Shown here: in pieces, positions 38,279 to 52,235 of the stretch
Position numbering within the stretch: position 1 is the stretch's first letter
Layout of the letters: the number at the start of each line of letters is the position of its first letter
NCBI GenBank assembly: GCA_003971905.1
Contig: RSEE01000001.1
Coordinates: forward strand, 434,001-498,000
Direction: 5' to 3'
DNA length: 64,000 bases
Source of the DNA: Moniliella sp. 'wahieum'
Taxonomy: Eukaryota
Made by a program: the position numbers and the translations under genes
The notes under the pieces: generated by a model
Database searches by the model: none
Told to the model about the DNA's origin: nothing
Seen by the model: the letters and a program-made list of their open reading frames with translations, nothing else

Positions 38279-38805
38279 CCTGATGGTGGCTCGTACACAA
38301 CCAAGCGCTTGCCTGTGCTACGCTTGGCCGAAGGCTAGCTAGCTACGCTGGTCTGCGGGGGGCTGCTCCCACTGTGCACCTGAGCCAGCATTTCTAATCC
38401 CGCAGTGTACGTAATCCGCTGCGCCCCACACTATTTCTATTTCCACGGGTACCCAAAGTCACTTCCAACACGTATTCCCCACAGTGCCGCTCGCGTGCCC
38501 AGGCCGCCTGAGCGTGTCCAACCAGACGCAGGGCCTGTTGTGAATCCGACCAATGTCTGGGCTTGCTAACCAACAGAGCAACTGGACAACCTTTTGGAAG
38601 CGGCGCCAACCGAGAGGCCTCTTTGGCTTTCGGCATCGCTGCACCGGCACGGAAGGCGCCCCAGGCCGGCCACAAGAATCCACTCCCCATCGGGACAACC
38701 TATATGCAAAGGTGGCAGAAGCAATTACAGTCAATGAGAAACGTAGGCGTGCCTCTTCCTGCAAGGATATGGGAGAAACATTGACCATTGTGGGTGTAGA
38801 TCTCT

Positions 38806-39585
38806 CTACCGCCCTCCTTCTTTCCCTTTTTTGCCCTTCTTTTTGCCCCCGCCGGCACCTGCACCAGGAGTGGCCGAAGGAGCAGCACCCCTAACAGTGG
38901 CCCGGTTACACCAGCAGTGCCCCCTGCCATGCGCACCCAACACTGGTTCGGCCCCCGGGACGACCGTCTCACCCGTAGCGAAGAGAGCTTGAGCCTCTTC
39001 CTGGGCCGCCTTGGCATCCGCCGCCTTGGCCCTCTGTTGGCTTGACCAGGGCACGTTGTTGACGAAGATGGGCTTTGTGCGCTTCTTGCCGCTGGTACTT
39101 GCGTCGTCCCGCTCCGCGTCCTGCCAAGTCAAGCAAAAAGTCAGTGGCAGCTCCCCAGAGAATAACAGCAACGTACGCTTTGCCTTATGGGCACCCTCTT
39201 CGACTGCATCGCGTTTGCGAGCATCAGCTTTGGGGTGCTTGGACCGGGAACGGGGCTTGAGCCCGGTCTGTGATTGAGAGAGGCAGGTGCGCACAAGTGC
39301 CAGGTAGCTGGCGGTGAAGGAGGCAAGTTCTGAGGCGGCAACAACAGTGGCCAACTTGGTCCGCTTGGCCTGGTCCGTTTTGCCATCGGTTACACGGACC
39401 AGGACGGGTAGTTTCCTCCCTCCATCCCAGTCGCGGATGAAACGGTCGGGGATGGAGCATCAGCCTCATCCATATCTACGTCAGCGTGCCCACTGGGATG
39501 CGCTTTTGCGTGATGAACACGCTGCTGGCGTCGCTTCGAGCAGCTGGGCTAGTTGGGTCAAAAAGGAAGCGTTAGGCTGGTGCAT
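38806..39585 (-). CDS. SRP14: Signal recognition particle 14 kDa subunit with a basic C-terminal extension
   Basis: NASFLTQLAQLLE, YPVLVRVTDGK..KLATVVAASELASFTASYLALVR..LKPR. Confidence 0.75.
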
Positions 39586-40289
39586 GGCAAGAGCGAAGGC
39601 AAAGCGAGGTGGAAACTGTATGTGCCGGTTGTGTCGGTGACGGGGGAAATACGCCTGTGGAGCTTGTGGGGCGTGTGCGCCGGGTTGGACAGAGGTTGGT
39701 TTGCGGTGGGACGCCTCGCCCCCGCAAGCGCAGACGAGCGAAGGTGGATCTGTGACGTGCACTTCTGGTGGCGCTATGAACATTGCAACTGCACGGCACA
39801 TAATTTCAGTTGTGGGGCCACAGGTGCTGCATGCCACCCCTCTTACTGCTGCTTCGTTCACACTTTCAAGCTTTAAGCGTCCTGTCATCTCTCAACTCGC
39901 CCCTTGAGGCCGCCGGGGACAGTTGCCATGGCTATCTCGACTGCAATGCTGCATAGTGCCAGCATCCTCCCATTCATCACAGAAGGGAATCTGCTCCGCA
40001 TAGAGTCCCAATACGAATCCCACATTCGCGGTCCCGCTGCTTTGTAGTCGACGCCGATTACTATACGTACACTTAACACCCAGCGTAGGTGTTGTGGCGA
40101 GTTGAAATAGACTCCAACAACATTGAAACCCCACCTGAAATGAAAATCAGTGCACGATCATCGATCATCCGTCATCAGTCAATTTGCATTTCCCTTGCGC
40201 GCTTGCTGCAATGTGATATTGGGCGCAATGAAAAATCCGCAGCAGCCCCTTCGCGGCCGCCTTAGATGGTCACCCCGTTTACATATTCC

Positions 40290-40314
40290 TAGGGTTATGT
40301 TTTTCCCAACCCTA
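40290..40314. promoter_or_regulatory. Inverted telobox-like pair TAGGGTT-N11-AACCCTA upstream of RPL35
   Basis: Read directly, about 80 bp before the ATG. It resembles Tbf1/telobox elements of fungal ribosomal-protein promoters; the function is inferred. Confidence 0.35.
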
Positions 40315-40393
40315 TTGGACGCACGCGTGCTCCCTGCCTCGCACCTTCCCAGCGTTCTCCTCAACCCACAATCACGCATACTCAATCTCTAAG

Positions 40394-40908
40394 ATGTGAG
40401 CTTACCATCCACCCTGCCTCACCTGAGACGACCCGCGATCCCGACTGCGCTGGCAATCGCGCTCGGTGGTTGCGTTCGCTCTCGGATGAGATCGGACTGA
40501 TGATGGAGCGGAAGAACTAAAACTGGCGATCTTTTTGCGTGTGCAGGCGAAGATCACGGCGAAGGAGCTTCAGAGCAAGTCCAAGGAGCTGACCACGCAG
40601 CTCGAGGAGCTCAGGCGGAGCTTCTTCCCTCCGCGTGGCAAGGTTGCCGGCGGCTCGTCGTCCCGTATTGCTAAGATCAACAGCACGCGTAAGGACATTG
40701 CGCGCGTGCACACGGTCATGCACGCTAAGCAGCGTGCCAAACTGCGTGAGTACTACAAGAACGCCAAGTACCTCCCCCTCGACCTCCGGGCCAAGAAGAC
40801 GCGTGCTCTCCGCCGTGCGCCTCACGCCCCAGGAGAAGAACGCTACCACGGTGCGTGCTCAGAAGAAGGCGCACGGTTACCGCAAGGTGACCTATGTTGA
40901 AGGCCTAA
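40394..40908 (+). CDS. RPL35: 60S ribosomal protein L35 (uL29)
   Basis: ATG then an intron to about 40546, then [54 protein letters not shown]. Confidence 0.95.
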
Positions 40909-42073
40909 GCGCCTTGCGTTCACGCCGGCCGCTTTGGTATCTGTCGTCTCGGAACCTCATGCCGCCATAGTGCAACGGCTTGGTCTATGATGAGTCCTAG
41001 CTCCCAACATCGTTGGACGGGGCGCTGCTTGCTTAGGCTTAGGGGTGGTGTCCTTTTGTCCAGACTAATCGTCAATGGCTTGGGTTGACCCCGCTATGCT
41101 ACCTCTGTCTCTATGCACTCTCCAATCCAAAACGGCACACTGCACCTCCATCGGAATCCGTGAGTTGGGTCAAGTTCATACGTTATAGCCTGATCGAAGT
41201 GAGTTGAAGGGGTGCATGTTGAGACCATGTTGGAGTCCCCCCACCCATTTACGACTGAATGCGCGCGAGCGGCCGTTCCCGAAAGGCACTTACTCTCTAA
41301 CACAGCTGACAGGCGTGGGATGCGAGAGAGAAACCGTAGATAGACTTCCTCAACGGGCCGCCTGCTCACCCTGTATTTTTCCAATACCTGTGGTGTCTTT
41401 GCTGCCTCTCCTCCTCCGAGCACGGCCTGGTGTCGACGTTGCAAAACCTGGAGCGTAAACCTGTCATATCCTTCAACGATGCCTTGGCCTGCAATGATCC
41501 CCACGATCCGCGAATGCTGCCTCCCTATGGCAGGGCTATGCCAAGGTTGTCCGGGCACTGTGCAGGCGCAACTGCTCACCAACCCACTGCGTGTGCTCCA
41601 CTTTTTGTCCTGCTTTTCTTACATCCCGTTCCTCTCCCCTGCTGTGTACTAGTTGCTCCCTGCGGTATATGGTTTCGGGTTTGTATAGTACCTCCCTGCC
41701 CTTTTGTCAGGCATTGCGACAACGCGTCTTGGTCCAATCCCTTCCGTCGCCTGTTACCACAATCATCGGGGACGGAATCCCTGCCGCGTCTGCACTTGTT
41801 TCCGTTGCTTGGAACAGCAAACGGGCGCTAGCCTATCATGATGACGTTGGATTCCCATCTCTGATCTTCCCCTCGTCCCTCCCCTTCTTGCAACGTGCGC
41901 CAGTCCCCCCGATGGCACACACAAAGCATCTCGCTATCGGGGATAGGTATGCCGGAGGTGTTATAGTGCGCTACACGGTGTATGTAGTAGATTGGTCCCT
42001 AAGTGAATGGGGACTAGAAAGAGAGGATGGGCCAAATACAGAAAATGGGGGAAAAGGCGAGAGCGAAGGGAGC

Positions 42074-45000
42074 TTATTCCAGGCCCAGTTCGACCCTGAG
42101 GGCCTCGACATGCCGTGAGCGTCTTCGGGCCACATCGCCGTCGTCACACTGTCACGGAAGGAGGAAGCGGAGGCGATCAATTTGTCAGGGTGGAAAAGGG
42201 AGGTGGTGGCGCGGCGCATGAGGGCGTGAATGTGGCCGGCGGTGGAGGTGCGAAGAAGGTCGGTTTGATTAAGTTGCAGGACGGCAAGCGCGACACGGAA
42301 AAGGGTAGGGGTGCCTTCAACAAAGATCAGATCCCATACCCGGAACAGAGTCTCGACCGGTAAACATTCAGTAAAGAGACTGAGGAACCAACCAAACGTC
42401 AGCACTGGCAGATCCACCCCAAGCTCCGACAGGTGGCGTCCGAGTTTGGGAAGGTGTTTGTCCACGTATTCGGACAGCACACGCTGATCCGCTTGGGCTG
42501 TAAGCAGAAAAGAGGTGTAGTAATCCCTCGGAAGGATCTTCTCGACGAGGCAGACCAAAAGCCAGAAGGCCTTCTCCTCGCTCGGGTCAATCAAGAGTAA
42601 TGTGGCGGCCAAGTTATTCATCCCTGTCCAGCAAGGTTAGTTTAGGCTGGGTTCCACAAAGAGACGATGACAGGGAGCAATAGAAGGACATACCTTGGCA
42701 GTAGCCAATGTCCACATCATACCAACTAAAAGCAGCCAAGACGCGTCGAAGCTTGGGTACGCCCGGTCCGTCGCCACCGAAAAGACGTTGGTGGGGAGGG
42801 TACGGTGCACGTCGAGGTCAATCTGGGCCAGCACGGCGGCGGACGAACCCGACAAGGCCGAAGTTACCGCTCGCGAGGCTGTGCTTTGGGCACTTAGGTC
42901 CAGGTCAGATGATACGCCACTGAGAGCAAGAAGCTCCTTGTATCTACCCGGTTCAGCCAGGTCGTTGGCGCCTGAACATTCTGCCCACACTTGGCTCCGA
43001 TAACTTAATGGGATCCCGGATAGGCAAAGCGTGACGAACGCATTCCAGTCCTCCCGCCCTCCGGCAGTGGTACCCATGGCAGCGATCCCGACTAGGGCCA
43101 GGTTGTGATGTAAAAGAGCCACATCCTCATCTTCGGCTTCCTCATCAACTCGTCCGAGGCGAGCCGGGACGAGGGGAGATTATTGTAGGCGGATCTTCGT
43201 TTCGTTGCCCATTGGGGTCAGCGGCACCGGCCTCTTTTGCCGTCGCGCCACCTCGCGTTTCTCCTTCCGTTCGGCAAGGAAAATGTCCCATTGGCCTGCT
43301 GAGCTCGTTGCTGCGAATCGTACAGTTCATCCAAGGACTTTAAGAGAGCCTTGACGGTGGCTGTTAGCGGGGAGTGAGCTGCCTGAGGCTCAAGCCGATC
43401 GGGGTCTTGGGGGGCTACGCCATGACCTTTCGGATCGGGTAGACACAACCACACTTGACGACTTGGTTAGCGCCGGGACTTTCCCGGCACGAGCACCGAG
43501 CCAGCCACAGCTGCTGTGTGCGATTCCGATCCGGACACAACCGAGTCGCCAGAGAAGCTTCTCGCACGGGAGGGGGGTTGTTGCTGAGTGCCTGTGCGAG
43601 GACTACCGGGCCGTACACTTGCTAGCGAGGACCGGTCGTCAAACCCAGATGGGAAATCCTCCTCCTCGTCCACCACGATTTCCGCCCGTGTGCCGGCTAA
43701 ACAAGCGGGAGCAGGCACACTGGCTGCCTTTGCTTTCCGGAGCAGGCGTACATCGAAGGCGTGCCAGCGTACATAAACCCGTACCGATCAGTCAGCGTGG
43801 CATCTGTGGATGTTGGGGGCAACGGGGACGTTGCTGATCCCCATACACTTCAAACTGATCGTGACCAGGTGAGTAGTCGTCTGGACGCACATGCATCACA
43901 GTACCGATGCCAAGGTGGGAGGACGGGCCTCCTTGGGGACCATGGGTTTGAGTTCAACGGTACGCTTGTTAAGTCGGGAAGAAATACGATCGAAATGGGC
44001 ATGCGACACACTGGTAAAGTTGAGAGGGTTGGGATAGGTTGGGACCCAGTCGGGGCGTACGCGAACTCAATGCACGCTCCGTTGCACCTACCTCAGTAGA
44101 TCCCCAAAACCGGAGCGTCGAGTGGGACGAACAGTCTCTTGGCCATCTGGGGCATGGGACCTGCGCGGCCGAAGCATGGCAGAATGCAGTGATGATGTCT
44201 CATTGTCAGAGACCGAAAGATTGGAGTCAATTGCAGAAATAGTCGTGTTGGATGACGTGGGGGGTATCGAAAGAGCGGGAACGGCCCCAGCATGACCATC
44301 ACGGCTTTGGGGCTCTGACTGATCGGTTGAAAGTTCAGCAGCGCGCGGAGGTGGTTCAGACGGAGCGGTCGCCGCATCACCGCCGACGACTGTGTCCTTA
44401 TTCAGATCCGAGTTGGGTTCATTTGATCTTCTCCAAGGTAAGGAACCAAAAAAGTTGAGAGCACCCGCCTTCTTGGCTCGACGCACCGAATCAGGTTCTT
44501 GGGGCGAGTCTTGCGAGGCGGAATGGGGGAGAGACAAGGTGGAGTGCTGGCTCGTGCCCACCTCTGAGGTGGGTTGGGCGAGGGAGGAGAGGAAGCATCT
44601 TCAGTTGGACTTGGTATCGCCGGTTCCTCCACCCGGGGGGGCGAGGGACGTTTGGTACTGCCAAACAACCAGCCGGTAAATGATGTGGTCTCCTTGTCTT
44701 CCGACTGGTCGTTGTGATGGATGAGGCGGCCGAGACCGAGTTATGGGAGGCAATGCTGTCAGATCGGGTATGTGTTGAGGATGGGCGAGTTCCTCGCCGC
44801 GAGGATAGAGACGGCGTGGTCCGCATCGGTGGAGGCGCTGGCTCGCCTGCATCTTCCTCGGCAACTTCCTCGGCCACATCTTCCTCCATTGTCATTTCTA
44901 ACTCGGCTTCGGACGAGACGCCACAGGCTTCCCGTTGTAGCGTCCAGAACGACCGGTTGAACAGGCTCTTCTTCTTAGAAGTAGAGTAAGTACCTGTTGT

Positions 45001-45695
45001 GGCGGATTGTGCCGATTCCCTTGAACCCGCGTCCGACGAGGTACGCGACATCTGAGGAGGCACCAAATGAGATTCACTTAATGCAGCACCCATAGCTCTT
45101 GCAGGTCCTTCCCTAAACGCAATTGCTGGCCACGAACGCGCTGAGCGAGCGATCGCTGTTGGCTTACACGCGCCAGGGCTCGCTCCAGTTCCCCCTCTCC
45201 CGCCCCATGGCTGCGGGCGACACTGCTGATCGCTTCCTCTCGTATACGTGCCATATGGGTGTCGGACTTGTGCTTGCTCAAGGTGAGCCAACTGTGACGT
45301 CAGATCAGCAACCTGTTTACCAACCTGAGCCAGCAATTCCTCCTGGGTAGCCAACGCGAGTGACAGCTCGCTGACCAGGGCGATGGCCGAGGTGCTGTGA
45401 ACATGAGCGGCCAGTTGGTCATGAGGGAGCGCATGAAGCTTGGAAAGTTGGTGGGAGGGAAGTTCCCAGCGGATACACCGGTATCGGCCGAAGGAGGCAG
45501 GGCCAAGCCGCCATGCTGCTCAAGGGCGGGTCACTAGCGTCGAGCATGATGCTCAAAGGGCGCTCAGCACCAGTGGGCGACGTAGGCGGTAGGAGGCGCA
45601 AGGAGGGGGATGAGCGGGTTGGCTGGGGCAGCGGGCCGGCCGCCAGCGGGTCGGCCGCCACGGATACGGCCTCGCCACAGGCGCGGGCGGGTCAT
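42074..45695 (-). CDS. TBC-domain Rab GTPase-activating protein (start uncertain)
   Basis: GIPLSYRSQVWAECSGA, Arg finger QIDLDVHRT, Gln finger GYCQ-GMNNLAATLL, EEKAFWLL, WFLSLFTECLPVETLFRVWD, after a long low-complexity N-terminus. Intron about 42625-42693. Confidence 0.85.
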
Positions 45696-46199
45696 GTTGC
45701 AGGCCGTCGCCGGCGCCGATGGTGGTGGTTGGCGTGGGTGTGGATTGCGCGATAGCCAGCACCGCCACCGATCACGGGTACAACAGCATCACGTGATATG
45801 CGTCATGCCAGAGAGCAACCCTAGCGAAATCAGCCTGGAGTCTCGGGTATCACGCACCAGCTACCATGTATCATGCATCCAGAGTTGTATGGCTCTCAGA
45901 TCTCACGCGTCACTCGCCACGCACCACGCGCCATGCGTCCTGGTCCATGACCTGACGACGCCCCGGTACATCCTGGCGCAGCGTACTCCAAATACAGTGG
46001 GGGCCGCCGCCCACGGAGGATACCTACAGCTACCTGCTGTGCTGCGGCCCCATTTCCACCCTCCAACGACCGCAGGTGCGCCCTGTGCCTCTCTGGCTGG
46101 GGTGCTACAACCAACGAAGAAGACGCCTGGAGATGCGGTGGGCATTACAACTATACTCAGTCTCGTCCTGACCAAAAAGCAGGGGCAATAACGAATGAC

Positions 46200-48054
46200 T
46201 ATTTGCCAGTGGGCTGCAAGACAGGCGCGATGGCAGCGGGCCGCGTCAGCATTGGCTGTCTGGAGCCATCGCTCAATGATGGCCTCTTCGCGCTGAGCAA
46301 GAGACTTGCGCTCCTCTTCCGTCTGAGCGCCCGGAGGGAAGGAGACAGAGCGTGCCTCGGCTTCGCGGAGAGCACGACGGGCCTGACCCGCGCAAAGCGC
46401 GCCTTCTTCTTCCCCGCCGTGGTGGGAGGAAAAAGTTGGTCTGGGCCGGCGCGGTCAGCGCCCACGTCACCCCATCCGCGGCTCGACCAGGCGCCTTGGT
46501 CATCAGCCAGCACACGGCCACAGCAGGATCGCAAGGTACCGTACCAATGCCCCCACCGGCGTGCTGACACCTCGTGTGTACGCCGGGTGCCCCGCACGAA
46601 TTCCCGCCAGAGACAAGTCGGCATTACCCCGACGAGGGTCAATTGAGCGTTTGAGTTGCTCGGCTAGCTCCTCAGCGTATCCGGTTTGAGCTCGGAAGCA
46701 GGGGGCGATGTTGAAGACGAGTTGGGCGCAGGCTCCGAGGCAGGCATTGAACCTGTCTCCTTCGGCTTCATCCCATACCAAGGCCGCTTGGGGAGGGTGG
46801 CGGAGGCAAGATGAAGCGCAACATGTCGTGATTGCGCTCGAATCCGAGCGAGACATTGACCAAGCGGATGTTGGACGAAGGGGTTGAGGTCCGCACGTCA
46901 ATCTCGTCCTCGCCCTGAGTTGTGGGGCGGAGCGGGCGCATGACCATCATGAACTTGCAATAAGTCAATCTGATGCTGCAATTGGGATGAGAGTGCGAGC
47001 CATCGAAGCGCAGCAGCGCCATGCGCACCATGGTTGCCACGGGGAAAGGAGGAAGGCCGGGTCTTAGGCGTGGCACCAGTCCAGTCTGGATCGGTGGCAG
47101 AGAAAGCAGCGATTCCGGTGGAGGCCCAAGGCGATATAACACTCACAATCCGAATATCCCGATCGGGAGGAAAGAGACGGATGGAAGGCAACATAGACTT
47201 GATAAAGTGGTAGGGGCTGCTACCTGGCATGAGCCAATTCCAAGCCCTCAAACGGTTTCTCTGCTACGGGAGTGGCCGATGACGTGTTCAGGTTTGCCCG
47301 CTTTTTGGCTGGCCAGTGGGTACTTGGCTCCGGAAGGCTCCGCTTGTCTCCACTTCCGGAGTAGGCGTAATAGGAAACCCACGCGCTGAACCCTTCCCCC
47401 GCTGAGTACATGGGCGCGTCCAAAGGAAGAAAGATGATGCCGTCTAGACGAATCGCACTCGTCTCGCCACCGGAAGAGGCAAACGCTTCCGCCGTGGGCG
47501 CACCTGGAACACCACTTCCGAGGCGGGGGCGCGGGCGCTTGGGCGCCACCACCAGCTAGCGGATTAGCCTTGTTACCTGCTTCATGCCAGATACCACGTC
47601 CGGGCAAACTCAAACCGAACGCGGGTTCAGCCATCGCACTCTTCGGCATATATAAGCTCGTTGTTGGTGCTCGCGCAAAAGGTAAACGAGATCTTGGACA
47701 TCGGCGCATTAGGGCTGGAACGAGGGCAAACGATTTGGGCACCGCGTGAGGCTAGTTGAGCTTGGAAACGAGGCCCAGGGGCGTGAATCCACCTGAGGGC
47801 GTGACAGGAGAGGAAGTTAGGAAAAGGGAGAAGGAGGAGACGAAAAGGAGGTGGGTACACACCACAAGGATCACCACTCGCCCGTGCAGGTCTTCTCGCC
47901 AGGACCACCGCGGTCCTCGTCGAGAGGGGCAAGCCAATCGGTGCCATTGGACCAGGTCTTGGCCAGCGTGACACCGAGTATGGCAGCAGCAGTTGGTGAG
48001 TGCGCCAGAGGGAGCCCAGTCGGCCAGTGCCTGGGCAACGATGTGGACGGGCAT
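46200..48054 (-). CDS. Atypical short-chain dehydrogenase/reductase, Pbr1 (YNL181W)-like (3' end approximate)
   Basis: WREDLHGRVVILV-GGFT, LASRGAQIV, TNNELIYAEECD, RLDGIIFLP, PPDRDIRIV. Confidence 0.7.
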
Positions 48055-48552
48055 CGCAGAGGCGGGGTGGTGGCGGAGATGATGCGGTGGCGCGGCCTGC
48101 CCGTTCCAGGTGGAGCCAATCCACGCTGTCCCTCTCCCAATAAACCTATTTATCACACTAAACTCCGCAAACGCAGCTGGGTCGGTCGCAAGCGGCGGAG
48201 AGCGGAACGGTAGAACATGACATTTCAAATCGTCAAATCGCTGGTCGTACTAGTCGTGGGACATGCATCTGCATGATCCTTGCTACACGGCCTTACACGG
48301 CATGACCAGCCTTTGGATAGGCCATGGAATAGGCGGCGCCTGCTCAAACGTGGACTCTCCCAACCATCACTCGTCTTGTTGGTCGATATAGACATTGGAA
48401 GGCAGTTACAAGGGGCGAATGGTAGTTGTTGCAACCAATCATACTCAAGAAGATCAAGATGGGAGGGTGAGGATGGGGGAGGGAGGAGGGCAACCGGGTA
48501 TCAAATCACACTGACTGGAACCAACAAGGGGTGGATGCGGCCTAGGCCTCCG

Positions 48553-50404
48553 TCAAATCCACTGTCGTATGCTCAGCCCAGTCTGAGCGCATCGCGTGGG
48601 TTTGCGCCCAACAATCCCGGCACCATACCCGCTCACAGCCAGGACCCGAGCAATAAAGCGTGCCTTCCCTGCCGCATTGCTGGCAGGGAGGTCCGGGGAA
48701 GGAGGGGAAGGAACGCGTGCTCGCGCCAGGGCATCCAGACGCAGGCGGTCTCCCCCATCTGCTTCCCTGTCGGAGTCCGATCCCGCATTCGAACCCGAGC
48801 GGGCCAAAGAAGAGGACGAAGACGAGTCTGAACTGGAATCCGGATCGGTTGGGCCCGACGGAGGCTGGTTATTGTCCACATCCGAATCATCATACAATTG
48901 GGCTGCCAAAGTTGACCGGATGCGTGTGGAGCTGGGACGGCTCCTACGTCCCGTCTTTGCTCCCTCTTGTCTGCGATGCGGGCAGAATGTTCTGTTTGAG
49001 GGCTTGCGATGATCCAGGTGCAGCGCGGACGGCTTGGAGCGAAGCAAGCTGTGCCAGCGTCGCCCCTCTCGCGCTCCCGGTGGCGCGTGGGGTGCGGTAG
49101 GAAGATGTAGCGCTCTGGATGGCGAGGACGGACTCACCTTATGTTTCGGCGAGGATGACGTGGCGCTTGAAGACGACCTCAATCCATTTTCCGAGTATCG
49201 CCGTCATCGTACAGCGCCGATGCACGCAAGCGAGACGTTGTGGGTGTCATACTGCGGCTGGGCAACGCAAAATCGGATTCGGGGTCACTTAATGCCTCGG
49301 GTCCAGTTGAAGAAGGTCTTAATATGTTGGCGGGGTCAGGATGGGTGTGTAGGGAAAGGATCGGAAGGGACGGTCCGACTCGTGACCACCTGCTCTCCCT
49401 CAAAGTGACCTTCCTCTTCGGGATGGAGAAGGGGAGGGCCGGTCGTCGGCCTGGACGCGACAGAGGGAGGGGAGGTTGAGTGCACACTGAGGGCATCAGA
49501 TGACGGTTGGTCCTCGGCCATCTGAGCGATTCTCGTCACCAAGTTTTCAAGCACTTGATCGTCCTGGATGAGGGGTCATCCACCATGCGATGCAGATCGG
49601 TCTGGAGAGGACGAGGGTGTACCCATCTCGACCGCAGACTGGGTCACGGCTAGGCTGCGTTCCTGGTCACGGTGGGCGCCTGAGGTCATGGCCTCGGCCA
49701 ACGCCTGCTCAAGAGATTGTTGGATCGAGGGAGATATGGGGGGGTGGCTGTGAACACGTCTGTAGGTACCCGGTTGATACGGCAACAGGGCTCCATCCCG
49801 CTCCAGCTCGGAGGGCGGTGGCGTTCGTGATGCATCAGATCGAGCTCGGATGAATCCAGGCACAGCCAGAACAGGCTGTTCTTTGGCGATACGGGTCAGA
49901 CGCGGGCCCGATTGCACGAAAAGGAAGCGGGTCCATTCTGGAATGACTGTGCGTTTGATGATGAAGATACCTGTGGTTCCTCCGCCTCAGCGGGGGTGGC
50001 CAGTGTTAGGTCAAAGTCCGAGGGAATAGATGGGTGGTCACGGGTGGGCAAGCGGAGCGGGGCAGGAGATGTATGCACGGTGGTAAGCTCTGATTCCCAG
50101 CTGGGGGAAGGGGTGCTGAGGAGTGTGTTGGGGCGTCTGGTGTGGTCAAGGGGAGGGTGGTCGAGTTCGTTCTGCACATGATTAATGAGAGCAGCGACAG
50201 CATCAGCTTCGAGCAGATCCTGCTCGAGTGGGGCCACTGGGGACAAAGAGTACATGGGCGACATGGACTCGGATGGAAGCAGTGAAGTCGAGGATGCGCC
50301 GGTGACGACGGGTTGAGGGACAGGTGGGAATGGGAGTCGGACGCTGGTTGGGCCAGCTCGCGGCGCAAGGAGCGGAGACGCTCCGCAAGACGAGCATCAG
50401 CCAT
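48553..50404 (-). CDS. Hypothetical Ser/Pro-rich low-complexity protein
   Basis: Chain of overlapping minus-strand ORFs starting MADARLAERLRSLRRELAQP. No recognisable domain. Confidence 0.45.
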
Positions 50405-50803
50405 TGGGTGAGAGACACGTATGCGTGTGCGTAGAGTCTGTCTGCACGTCACGTTGTATGATGCTTTCGACACGGCGGCGCCAGTGCTGCTCTGGCTGCA
50501 CTGTTCGTGTTGAAGAGAGAAGATGGTGGGGGCAGACGAGACCTCCGATGCAAATCTCACGCTTGCCACCTAACCAGAGCCCCTTCGCGCTCGGTGTGTG
50601 CGCGTGGCGCAGTCAATATTCTACTACCAAGGAGTAAACATTTTACTTTCAAGTTTCAATTTCTAGCTCTGCTTCGCTCTCCTCGTAGAGAGCTCGCTGG
50701 CTGAGGCATTCCCCCATCTTGGTCCAGACCACAAGTTGTAATGCCATTTTCGGCTCGGCGAACATGCTCTCATGGATCTCATGTCTTCCCCAGCTGCAGA
50801 TCT

Positions 50804-51551
50804 TCATGCCTTGGGGAGTGTCGGCTTTGACCCTCCAAACCAGCTCTTTACCCAGTCTTTTCCCCCGTTGAACCACCAGAGTGAGCCTGAGAGATATGTC
50901 GCGTATGCCGACCAAGCAAGGTAGGGAACAGTCAGCAGCGCTGCCGTCTCGTCGACCTCACTTAGCACCGTCAATGACACGCCCAGTGTTGTCAACGACA
51001 GCAAGTCTGCGAACGCAATCCCGAGCTGACCAAAGCCGAACGAAAGCGGCGTCCACAACTGATTGAGGACAAGTTGGCCGTAGTACAACTTGAGTGCCAG
51101 GGAGGCCTTAGATTTGAGCTCCGACCCTAACATCATGTAGATGGGGAGAAACGAGTCATTGAGGAAAGGGGCTCAGTCAGAACATGTGGCACGGGGCAGC
51201 AGAACAGATGTCAGAACGAACCAGGAGGTGCAAGGTCGTAAGCCCTCACGATTAAGTGGGAGCACCATCCCATTGAAGAGAACAGACCCGTCCAAACCAG
51301 AGGGAACATCCAATTAGGTGGTTGGCCCTTGGACTTCTTCAGTTTGGGGTACCAGTCCCCCTTCGGCCCCCACTTGGACTCACGCGTAAGGACACCTGTA
51401 AAGAACCCAAGAGCCAGTGGCAAACCGACAGCGTGGACAGGGGAGCGGGGCTGCATTGAAGCAGTGTCAGCTATCCGAATGGGACATGAATACCTTTTGT
51501 CAAAAGGAGACGTCTCACAATTTCGATGAAGAGTGGCGGGAGGGAGGCCAT
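50804..51551 (-). CDS. TspO/MBR family translocator protein
   Basis: WYPKLKK..PPNWMFPLVWTGLF, LYYGQLVLNQLWTPLSFG, LTVPYLAWSAYATYL. Two introns. Confidence 0.9.
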
Positions 51552-52235
51552 GTTGAGAATAAGGAGGTGCAGAATTGTCGCGTATAGGCGCAGGAAGGGC
51601 CGTTTCCCCCTCTTAAGTATGAGGTGGATTATATGGGGGCGAGGGAAGCTGAGCCGAGGGAAGGCTGAGGTTCGGGGATGGGAATCGCCGAGGTAATGGT
51701 GACGCAAGGTATACCCACAGGCTCGTACTAGTTTGGCCACTCAAGCGCCGAAGTCGACGTTCACGTTCACATCGTTCAACCTGATCTGTGCACCGAGTGA
51801 GGCTAGTGACGTAGGGCACGTGACCTGCTTAATTATGATCATCGATCATTCATCGTGATGCAATGATTAATGATGCATGATGCATGATGGCCAAGACGGT
51901 CATCGATCATCGTTTGCATCGAAATGCGTATGCTGTCTAAGATCTAAACCCCATCCCACTTGCCAATAAACGTTGAACTTGAGCTTGAGCGTTGACATGT
52001 TGACAGGGCGAGGCAGACAAAGCAGGCGAAATCTGTGAAGCCCCCTGCGGCACTAAGAATATCATCCGACAGCACTTCCTCGTGTTGAATGCGTAGATGA
52101 ATTCAAATGGCTTTACCCTGATCTGCTTTTGTATATCACGGTCGAGGCTAGTAATATCAAGCACTTTTTGCCTGGGGCCCCCCAGGTAATCTCTTTCGTG
52201 AAGCTTAAAGAGAAACTGGGCCAAGCTTCAGGCTT

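Noticed and set aside
40397..40546. Possible snoRNA in the RPL35 intron
   Set aside because: No properly ordered C/D boxes or H/ACA structure are visible.
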